Shown one piece after another: positions 25,316-32,000 of a stretch of 32,000 nucleotides of DNA (position 1 is the stretch's first letter; each line of letters starts with the position of its first letter). Where the stretch lies: positions 3,840,001-3,872,000 of the forward strand of contig NZ_CP021983.2 in the NCBI RefSeq assembly GCF_002075285.3, written 5' to 3'. Both the position numbers and the translations under genes were made by a program. The notes beneath the pieces are model-generated. The model searched no databases. It was given only the letters and a program-made list of their open reading frames with translations, and was not told the DNA's origin. The DNA is from Halomicronema hongdechloris C2206. Its GTDB lineage: Bacteria; Cyanobacteriota; Cyanobacteriia; Phormidesmidales; Phormidesmidaceae.

Positions 25316-25980
25316 ATGGAAACGCCTATCGTCAACTGGAAGACCAATTACGTCAATGGGTCGAGCCCAAAGACCAACGCCATCTGCAGGGCTTCGCTGA
25401 AATGCTGGCGGCCATCTTGCAATCTGGCCAGGCCTGCTTGGGGAAATAGATTCCTTACTTGGATCACCTCGGGTGTAACGCCCGAGCTCACTTGGAACGT
25501 GTGAGCTATTTTCTCCGCAATGATGTGAGCTATTTTCTCCGCAATGAGCAGATCACTGCGGAACGGGTCTACCTGCCCTTGTTACGCCATGTGCTGTCCG
25601 CGTTTGCTGGGGAAGCTGTCCTGTTGACCTTGGATACGACTCTGCTGTGGAATCACTGGTGCTTGATAGAGGTGTGCTTGGCTTGGGGCGGTCGGTCGCT
25701 CACGCTAGCCCAACAGGTGATTGAACATCGCAGTGCCACCATCAGTTTCGAGCAATACCACGGGGTGCTGGAGTGCGCCCGTCGAGCCTTACCGCCAGGG
25801 GGTCAGGTGACGCTTTTGGCCGACCGAGGCTTTGAACATGGAGACTTGATTCGTTGGCTCAATCGCCATCACTGGAACTGGTCGATTCGCGTCAAGTCAG
25901 ACTGGCTGGTCACCCTGGCCCAGGGGCGAACTCAACCCGTCGAGGCCCTCTGTCCACCGCCGAATCAGGCGCCAAGTTAG
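25316..25980 (+). pseudogene. IS4-like DDE transposase, disrupted and 3'-truncated
   Basis: The frame open from 25312 reads ...YRQLEDQLRQWVEPKDQRHLQGFAEMLAAILQSGQACLGK*IPYLDHLGCNARAHLERVSYFLRN...LTLDTT...LLADRGF...IRVKSD. There is an in-frame TAG at 25447-25449 where Trp is expected. The only ATG (25316) is out of frame. The third catalytic region is absent. Confidence 0.65.
25501..25548. repeat. 24-bp x2 in-frame tandem duplication GTGAGCTATTTTCTCCGCAATGA(T/G) (VSYFLRND-VSYFLRNE) in the IS4-like pseudogene
   Basis: Read directly; the two copies differ at one base. Confidence 0.95.
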
Positions 25981-26154
25981 CAATCTCACTGATGAGCGAC
26001 GCAGAATCATTCGCTTTTTAGGACCTCTCGTGGAGCAGTACTACGCACACTCATAATTATTTGGCAACCTGCGGAATGTCGGTTCATTTCGCTGTTTCTC
26101 AATCCGCCTCACGGCACTGACTCAGCCATATGTTGGCTGAGCCAGGCTATGGTT

Positions 26155-26391
26155 TTACATCAAATTGGGCCTTTGGGCACTATTATTATCCTGTTCAAAA
26201 GTCTGAATCTTCTCAACAAGACTTTCTACGGTTTCGTCAGCAAAGAGCTCATCTCGCTGCTGCAGGTAATCCCCGCCATCAGACCACCAGCGGCTAATCA
26301 GGACAATTACCTGAGAAGGGGCCATCGTTTGATTCAGAATACGCAGAGCGTCTTGAATGACTGCTTGCTCGTTGGGGAGTGCAATCTTCAT
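26155..26391 (-). CDS. Small protein downstream of the PIN gene and overlapping it; putative antitoxin-like partner
   Basis: 78-aa ORF. Its ATG overlaps the PIN stop by 4 nt (ATGA at 26388-26391). No family recognised. Confidence 0.45.
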   Translation of the reverse strand: MKIALPNEQAVIQDALRILNQTMAPSQVIVLISRWWSDGGDYLQQRDELFADETVESLVEKIQTFEQDNNSAQRPNLM

Positions 26392-26825
26392 TGGGTTACC
26401 TCAGTGATCTCCAAAACAAAGTTGACCGGGTTCATCGCCTTCATGGGGCCGGAATAACGGCGCAGTAAGCGGTCATCACAGGCCAGAAAAACATCACAAC
26501 CGGCTTGCTCGGCAGAAGCCACATGAAGCGCATCGATCTGCTTCAGCCCTTTCCCTTCCAGCATTTTAGCTCTCTGGATAATATCGTTCTGGAGGGATTG
26601 GTAGGTTTTTGCCAGTTCCAAGCATCGACGAACCCAGCTTTGGCGGGTTGGATTGGCGTTGCGGCTGGTTTCGTAGTCCAGCACTGATGAGCTGATAAGC
26701 TCTAACTGCTCACTTTCGACCAACTGTAGGATGGTGCGCAGGGCCTGAGTTTCAAGAATGATTCTCGGTTGGGTTTGGTTGTCAAACGGTCGATTAAAGA
26801 CACTGGTGTCTACATAAATTTTCAT
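26388..26825 (-). CDS. PIN-domain ribonuclease (VapC-like toxin)
   Basis: MKIYVDTSVF (first acidic residue), ILETQ, LDYE and QIDALHVASAEQAGCDVFLACDDRLL match the PIN acidic quartet layout. Confidence 0.8.
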   Translation of the reverse strand: MKIYVDTSVFNRPFDNQTQPRIILETQALRTILQLVESEQLELISSSVLDYETSRNANPTRQSWVRRCLELAKTYQSLQNDIIQRAKMLEGKGLKQIDALHVASAEQAGCDVFLACDDRLLRRYSGPMKAMNPVNFVLEITEVTQ

Positions 26826-26867
26826 CGAGATTCGTGGTGTAAGCCCGCTCAGAGGATGGCCTCAGAC

Positions 26868-27206
26868 TCAGAGTGCATCCCAGTTTTGTAGACCTAAGCT
26901 GAGAACCTGCCGTCGAGGTAGACGCAGCGATTCTGAGCGATCCCAGCCGAGGGAGTTGTCCTTGAACTCCTCATAAATAGAATCATGGTACACCTGCTTC
27001 CCAGCATTGGCGTGATTGACGGCCCGCTCTTCGATCGCTGTTTGCAGCGTCTCCGGAATTCCCAAATACTCAGTCTGAGAAGCCACGAAATCAGCAGAGC
27101 CTAGCAGTAAACTCGCCGTCAATGCGGCCCCGAAAAGCCCCGTCAGGAGTAGACGGTGGCAGCGCAGCAGCCAGTGTTGGTGAGTGAAGCGAGGGGCACC
27201 AGGCAT
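26868..27206 (-). CDS. Hypothetical protein with an N-terminal hydrophobic anchor or signal
   Basis: ORF only; LLLTGLFGAALTASLLLGSA segment. No family recognised. Confidence 0.3.
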   Translation of the reverse strand: MPGAPRFTHQHWLLRCHRLLLTGLFGAALTASLLLGSADFVASQTEYLGIPETLQTAIEERAVNHANAGKQVYHDSIYEEFKDNSLGWDRSESLRLPRRQVLSLGLQNWDAL

Positions 27207-27224
27207 GAAGCTATGATAAACGCA

Positions 27225-27851
27225 TTACATATCATTACCCTGAACCTGGCTTTCCTGCAGCACTTGAGCCAGGGTTAGCTCTAGGTCTGGAAACGTGGGC
27301 GATACAATTGGCTCTTCATCGCGAAAGAGCGCCACCTGATATTCTCCATCCACCCACTGATAGACTGAAAGAGTCGGTTGCTTGGGGGTGCCGATGTAGC
27401 GCCGTCCCCCCAGCCCTAAGTAATCCACAATCCAAAATTCCGGAATTCCCATCTCTTCATAATCCGCTGCCTTGCGCTGGTAGTCATCCCGCCAATTGGT
27501 GCTGACGATCTCTACTATCAACGGCATCGACTTGCCTTGCGTCAAGGTGGATTCTCGCTGCCAGCGGGGTTCATGCTTCAGTTGAGTGGAGTCCACCACG
27601 ACCACATCAGGTAAATAACCTGATTGTTCACTGAATGGCTTGATCGTACAACTCTTGGGAAGAAAGTAAGGCAACTTGAGGCGGGCAATTTCCACTGCTA
27701 GCCGACCATTCAAATACCCGCCCACCTGTTCATGGACTCCGGTTGGTTTCACTTCCTGTACCCTGCCATTGATCAGTTCATAGCGTCCCTGCTCTGGGTA
27801 CCAGGCCATGAATTCATCGAAGGTGGTGACTGAGGAAGTTGTCTGAACCAT
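27225..27851 (-). CDS. Uma2-family (DUF820) putative restriction-endonuclease-like protein
   Basis: TFDEFMAWYPEQGRYELINGRV, YLPDVVVVD, PLIVEIVSTNWRDDYQRKAADYEEMGIPEFWIVD are the typical Uma2 PD-(D/E)xK pattern. Confidence 0.85.
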   Translation of the reverse strand: MVQTTSSVTTFDEFMAWYPEQGRYELINGRVQEVKPTGVHEQVGGYLNGRLAVEIARLKLPYFLPKSCTIKPFSEQSGYLPDVVVVDSTQLKHEPRWQRESTLTQGKSMPLIVEIVSTNWRDDYQRKAADYEEMGIPEFWIVDYLGLGGRRYIGTPKQPTLSVYQWVDGEYQVALFRDEEPIVSPTFPDLELTLAQVLQESQVQGNDM

Positions 27852-27917
27852 GGTGGTCTATCAGTACCAAACTGCCCCAAGTTTACCTCACAGGTCAGAT
27901 TCCGGCGGATGCTTTCT

Positions 27918-28754
27918 CTAGGCGTTTACTTGGCCCGACGGTCCTCGGTGAGCTTTCAGCCAGGCGACGCCAAACTCCACCAGTTCTCGCTGGGGCATAT
28001 AGAGGGCGGTTGCCAGTCCCACCTTGCCCACCACCAGTGCCTGGGAGACCTGGCCATAGGCCTGCCCTAAGGCCTCAAAGTCATCGCTGTCCACATCTGG
28101 TTCAGCATAGGTGACCCATTGCCACCCTTGGGGTCCCAGGATAGGAGCCCCTGTCTGAGTTTGGGACTGGGTCTCCCCAAAGGCTCGCCGCTCAGCCAGG
28201 TGCAACGACGTATTCTTATCGTGGCCCACCCCAAGTAAGAGGATATCCCCCGCCAGGTCATAGATCCGCCCCAGCGGTGACTCCTCGCCCAAGGGATCCC
28301 TGAGGGCGTGGAACTGGGTAATCTCCGCCGCTCGCTGGCCCCAGGCGGCGAAGGAGGCAGTCGGGTGGTAACTGCGCCGGACCCCTGGCATCGCCCGAAA
28401 CGCTTCTGGAATGACCCCCATGCCACGCGTCGGTGTCGTCGCCGGATCGAAGCCGGGCATGGAGGCGCGAATCGTTGCCCACCAAGCCTCAGGCACCGGG
28501 GGATGTTGCCAATTGGCTGGGTCGGAGAAATGGGCGCTATGGGTTGGCATCACTAGGGTACCTGCGGGGGTGAGCGCTTGCATCAAGGCGTCGATCACGG
28601 CCACCTGGGCTCCACACACCCACCCCAGCGCCCTCAGGGAAGCATGCACCAAAAGAACAGCGCCTGGCCGCACCCCTAAGGTCTGCAGGTCTGCCACCAA
28701 GGATTGCACCGTAACCGGTTGCAGAGACCGTTTGACTGCGTCGGCTTCAGACAT
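27918..28754 (-). CDS. AAC(3)-family aminoglycoside N(3)-acetyltransferase homolog
   Basis: LGVRPGAVLLVHASLRALGWVCGAQVAVIDAL...GTLVMPTHS...PVPEAWW...GVIPEAF...RSYHPTASFAAWG...SPLGRIYDLAGDILLLGVGHDKNTSLHLAE follows the Antibiotic_NAT family pattern. The region is very GC-rich. Confidence 0.85.
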   Translation of the reverse strand: MSEADAVKRSLQPVTVQSLVADLQTLGVRPGAVLLVHASLRALGWVCGAQVAVIDALMQALTPAGTLVMPTHSAHFSDPANWQHPPVPEAWWATIRASMPGFDPATTPTRGMGVIPEAFRAMPGVRRSYHPTASFAAWGQRAAEITQFHALRDPLGEESPLGRIYDLAGDILLLGVGHDKNTSLHLAERRAFGETQSQTQTGAPILGPQGWQWVTYAEPDVDSDDFEALGQAYGQVSQALVVGKVGLATALYMPQRELVEFGVAWLKAHRGPSGQVNA

Positions 28755-28771
28755 ACTGGCTGAGTCCTGAC

Positions 28772-29107
28772 TTAGTTCCCTTCTCTTGGCCGTGAGCGTA
28801 GCTGGCGTCCCGCGGAGTCGCGCTCAGGGATCACCCAGGCAACATAGCCCAGAATCAACAGCCCGATGCCGGAAGCAGGCCCCACAAATACGTGAAAGAT
28901 CTGTTGTTCCGTGACGATTAGAGCGATGCCGGCGGCCATGGCCAGCCCGTTGGAGAACACTAGATACAGAAACACCCGCCAGTCCCGCATCACGACATAC
29001 CAGTTGTAGACAAAGATGATGGCCGGCACTAGCGAAATCAGCTGCATCAGGCCCTTGCTATCGTTGACGCCATAGGTCAAGGGCACCGCCCTCAATGCAA
29101 ACGACAT
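28772..29107 (-). CDS. Small integral membrane protein (three predicted helices), possibly co-transcribed with the acetyltransferase
   Basis: ORF with three hydrophobic stretches. There is a 17-nt gap to the downstream AAC(3) start. No family recognised. Confidence 0.4.
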   Translation of the reverse strand: MSFALRAVPLTYGVNDSKGLMQLISLVPAIIFVYNWYVVMRDWRVFLYLVFSNGLAMAAGIALIVTEQQIFHVFVGPASGIGLLILGYVAWVIPERDSAGRQLRSRPREGN

Positions 29108-29334
29108 AGACCAACCGTGGTTTTACCTGTGAAAACTGCCCTAACCTACCATGGCAGAAGTCGACCAACCCTTCTGCCCCCTATCTCCCCTGCCAATAGT
29201 AATAGCAGCCAAACTTGCGCCGCAGTCTACTAGATCGTGCCAGCGTCATTAATCTTGAGTCACGATCAGTGATTTATAAAATCTCGCGGGAACTCTAAAG
29301 CTGTACCCATAGACAATACCGTGCAGTTAAGCAC

Positions 29335-30798
29335 ATGACTCATCAACCTGTTCCCCCAACCCCTCCCAAGCACTCGGCGATGTACTCCGAATCGCGCCTG
29401 TTCTGTCGATTAGAGGGGCTGTCTCCGGTCGAGCGCTGGCAACGGCGACAAGCCGTGCTTGATCAGCTAGATTTGCTCAACACCGATGGCGTGCCGGTGT
29501 TCGAAGAAGCGGTTCAGATGGGGGCTAGATTCTTGGCAATGCCCATCTGCATCTTGAGTATTGTCAATGGGACCCAACAGTTCTTCAAAGCCGCCGTCGG
29601 CCTATCTCAGCTCGGGGTGATGAATCGGTTGGCAGCCCAACGAGCACTTCCCCTCGCAGAAGGTCTATGCACTTACGTCATCGATAGTGAGCAGGTGCTG
29701 GCCGTGGCCAATGTCCTAGAGCATGAGGCATTCACGCAGCTATCCTTAGTGCAAGAGTATGGGGTGCAAGCTTATGCCGGTATCCCTCTGCTGACCTCCC
29801 AGGGAGACTGCATCGGTACCTTAGCCGTGATGGATACCACGCCCCATCACTTCAGCCAACAAGATATCGCCTTCCTAGAATTGACCGCTCGCTGGGCTAT
29901 GGGAGAATTTGAGCGAAACCAGCTGATCGCCTCAACGACTGCAAATTCTCCTTGGCCTACCCTAGCTTCCAACTCTCTGAAGGCCACCATTGATGCCGTG
30001 CGGCTGAATTTGATTGCTCAACTGACACAGGACCTGCGCAGCCCCTTAACCTCGATTGTGGGGATGGCCAGTGTACTCAGCCGGCAAATCTATGGCCCCC
30101 TAACCGACAAACAGAAAGAATATACCGACATCGTCCGCCGCAGTAGCCAGACCTTAATGAATCTAGTCGATGACATCATCGGCTTGGGGACCGATCGAGA
30201 CGACTATAACTACCTGACACCAACGCCAGTCGACATTGAGATGTTAGGGCAGCAGGTGATCCAAAGCCTAGAGCAAGTCGCAACCCAGCGAGAGCAACAG
30301 ATTAAGCTCACGGTTGAACCCGGCCCGCGGATTTGGATGCTAGATAAAGGTAAAGTGCGGCAGCTCCTCTATCACCTAATCTTTAGTGTGGTTCAAACCG
30401 CTGGCGAAGCTAGCACCATTCAAGTGCATGCCTCCCGCAAGGCTGACCATTTGCAGCTGGCTGTTGGGCTTTCAAATCCTTGGCTGGGAGAAGGGTTACC
30501 TCAAGCTTTGCTAGCTCTAGATCACCACTTGCCCGGAGGTAACATTGGGGATCTATATCCAGTCAATCAGGATTTAGTCGGCCCGCACCCGAGTCGGGAC
30601 CTTCAATTCCCAGACACTACAACTTCCTCTCAGGAATCCTCTCGAGAGTTGTTGAGCCTACTCCTTAGCCGTCAACTCACCGAGATGCAGCGGGGAGCGC
30701 TAGGGATTCAGGGAAGTCCTGAGGCCGGATATCGCTATGTCATTACCTTGCCATCCCTCACGGCCAATGCCTCAACCGCGTCTCGAATAGCTTGTTGA
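29335..30798 (+). CDS. GAF-domain protein with a degenerate histidine-kinase core (DHp-like helix lacking the phospho-acceptor His; degenerate ATP-binding boxes)
   Basis: GAF-like region around residues 55-195. The H-box-like segment reads LTQDLRSPLTSIVGMASVL, with Gln232 (codon 30028-30030) where SHELRTPL carries His. I could not recognise clear N, G1 or G2 boxes downstream. Confidence 0.7.
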   Translation: MTHQPVPPTPPKHSAMYSESRLFCRLEGLSPVERWQRRQAVLDQLDLLNTDGVPVFEEAVQMGARFLAMPICILSIVNGTQQFFKAAVGLSQLGVMNRLAAQRALPLAEGLCTYVIDSEQVLAVANVLEHEAFTQLSLVQEYGVQAYAGIPLLTSQGDCIGTLAVMDTTPHHFSQQDIAFLELTARWAMGEFERNQLIASTTANSPWPTLASNSLKATIDAVRLNLIAQLTQDLRSPLTSIVGMASVLSRQIYGPLTDKQKEYTDIVRRSSQTLMNLVDDIIGLGTDRDDYNYLTPTPVDIEMLGQQVIQSLEQVATQREQQIKLTVEPGPRIWMLDKGKVRQLLYHLIFSVVQTAGEASTIQVHASRKADHLQLAVGLSNPWLGEGLPQALLALDHHLPGGNIGDLYPVNQDLVGPHPSRDLQFPDTTTSSQESSRELLSLLLSRQLTEMQRGALGIQGSPEAGYRYVITLPSLTANASTASRIAC

Positions 30799-30900
30799 TT
30801 GGATTTAAAGACGCTTCAAAGACGCTTCTCATCTAGAATTGGGCAACGAGGGTGCACTTAGCCACACTTAGCTGTTCTCGGTATTGTCTGGAAAGCGTCG

Positions 30901-31056
30901 GTGTTTACTGGTATTGACATCATTGTCCTACTCGTCGTGATCGGGTTTGTACTCTACCTAGCGGCTCCTGAGTCGAACCCCACCTTATTCCAGTGGGATC
31001 CCCTCGCCGCTCTAGTGGTGATTGCCGTGATTATTTTGGTAGTCTCTAGCCTTTGA
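30901..31056 (+). CDS. Possible 51-aa two-helix membrane peptide (GTG start)
   Basis: Frame open from 30862 with the only plausible start being GTG at 30901. VFTGIDIIVLLVVIGFVLYLAAPESNPTLFQWDPLAALVVIAVIILVVSSL. Too short for the ORF track. Confidence 0.25.
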   Translation: MFTGIDIIVLLVVIGFVLYLAAPESNPTLFQWDPLAALVVIAVIILVVSSL

Positions 31057-31176
31057 GTTCTGGGCAGGAGAACTTCGAAGTATACCGACTCTCTAGACTG
31101 CGGCTACCCATGTTGCTCCCGCGCCCATGACATCTATCAGCATCTCTATGGTGCACCAAGCTGAACATGGGCGTCT

Positions 31177-32000
31177 CTAGTTAGAAGATTGTGTCTGTTC
31201 GAGTTGCTGCAAGATACGCTGCAACCGTTGTTGAGCTTCACCGTAAGCGGGCCAGTCTCCCTGGCTCAGGGCATCTTGACTCGTTTCGTAGGCCTCTAGG
31301 GCTGACTGAATCAGGTTGGCAATGTCGGGGGAAACCGTTGTTGTGTCTGGGCTTAGGGGCTGTTCCTCCGATGAGGGGGCCGGAGTCGGGATGGCCGAAG
31401 CTGTGCCAAAAATCGCTTCCAGACAGGCTTCCAATGTATTTCGCATGACGATTTGGTCGTCATAGGCAACGATGACCCGACGTAGCTCTGGCAATTCTCC
31501 CTGCTCTGAGCGCAGATACACAGGCTCGATGTACAGCAGAGACTGATCGATGGGAATTACCTGCAGATCTCCCCGAATCACTCGAGACCCTTCTTGACTC
31601 CAGAGAGTCAGTTGTTGCGAAATTTCAGGGGTTTGATCGATGCGGGCTTCGATCTGACTAGGGCCATAGACTAGCTGTTGCTTGGGAAACTCGTAGAGCA
31701 GAAGCTTGCCATATTTGTCGCCATCGGAGCGTCCCGCTAGCCAAGCCACCATATTGTCTTTATTGACTGGGGTAAAGGGGCTAATCTGAATAAATTCTTC
31801 TTGGGTTTCTTGGGGTAAACGCATGATGATGTAATAGGGCTCCATCTGCACCTGCTCTCCTTCATAGATTTGAGTGGGAAAGCGCCACAGGTCTTCCCGG
31901 TTATAAAACACCTCTGGATTGGCCATATGATAGGCCCGATACATTTGGGCCTGAATCTTGAACAAGTCTAGGGGATAGCGAAAATGGGCCCGCACCGCCT
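31177..32000 (-). CDS. UPF0182-family (COG1615) membrane protein, C-terminal part; the gene continues beyond the window
   Basis: HFRYPLDLFKIQAQMYRAYHM...FYNREDLW...EPYYIIMRLP...EFIQISPFTP...NMVAWLAGRSDGDKYGKLLLYEFPKQQLVYGPSQIEARIDQ...IRGDLQVIPI...LLYIEPVYL is the characteristic UPF0182 C-terminus. The frame is open to the window edge. Confidence 0.85.
   Translation of the reverse strand, partial: AVRAHFRYPLDLFKIQAQMYRAYHMANPEVFYNREDLWRFPTQIYEGEQVQMEPYYIIMRLPQETQEEFIQISPFTPVNKDNMVAWLAGRSDGDKYGKLLLYEFPKQQLVYGPSQIEARIDQTPEISQQLTLWSQEGSRVIRGDLQVIPIDQSLLYIEPVYLRSEQGELPELRRVIVAYDDQIVMRNTLEACLEAIFGTASAIPTPAPSSEEQPLSPDTTTVSPDIANLIQSALEAYETSQDALSQGDWPAYGEAQQRLQRILQQLEQTQSSN

Noticed and set aside
25981-26066. 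Short open frame reading ...SNLTDERRRIIRFLGPLVEQYYAHS* right after the truncated IS4-like gene
   Set aside because: It may be another gene fragment, but I cannot assign it to any family and it has no start codon.
28067-28770. Overlapping 75-119-aa ORFs in other frames across the AAC(3) gene
   Set aside because: This is the same GC-driven artefact. Only the 278-aa minus-strand frame shows family motifs.
29255-29280. TTGAGT ... TATAAA promoter-like hexamers upstream of the GAF kinase-like gene
   Set aside because: The spacing is only about 14 nt rather than 16-18. It cannot be supported without TSS data.
1-32000. Search for tRNA, rRNA or tmRNA-like sequences in the intergenic regions (5814-6142, 20463-20730, 22864-23031, 29108-29334, 30799-31176)
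   Set aside because: No T-loop-like GGTTCGAATCC or its complement was seen, and no cloverleaf-compatible segments were seen. None is reported.

Overview
The window looks like a cyanobacterial chromosomal segment. The HIP1 palindrome GCGATCGC recurs (e.g. 1513-1520, 16697-16704, 17808-17815), and several families typical of cyanobacteria are present (DUF928, DUF1822, CHASE2, Uma2, fibrillin-like). GC-rich housekeeping-like genes sit on both flanks: a 5'-partial SDR and a fibrillin-like gene on the left, and AAC(3), a GAF kinase-like gene and a partial UPF0182 gene on the right. Between them lies a lower-GC accessory block. Its parts, in order, are: (i) an NB-ARC/TPR STAND NTPase with an adaptor-like N-terminus. 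(ii) A secreted DUF4114 protein. (iii) A two-partner secretion pair: a ShlB/FhaC-type transporter, then a 1625-aa filamentous-haemagglutinin-type exoprotein ending in a CHAT caspase-like protease. (iv) A four-gene operon converging on that pair: sigma-70-like protein, DUF1822, CHAT-CHASE2 membrane receptor, DUF928. The last three are joined by 1-nt stop/start overlaps. (v) A serralysin-like RTX metalloprotease followed by a small secreted beta-gamma-crystallin-like protein. (vi) A patch of three inactivated IS transposases (ISL3, IS256, IS4-like), which also holds the orphan C-terminal remnant of a second RTX protease paralog. (vii) A PIN toxin with a small downstream partner, and a Uma2 endonuclease. 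The best candidate for an undescribed system is the composite locus at 6496-20462. It contains two independent CHAT proteases with intact His/Cys dyads: one is exported as two-partner-secretion cargo, the other sits on the cytoplasmic side of an extracytoplasmic CHASE2 sensor. Both are coupled to a sigma-like regulator and two domains of unknown function. All calls come from reading the translations and sequence by eye; no searches were run. I found no rRNA, tRNA or CRISPR array.
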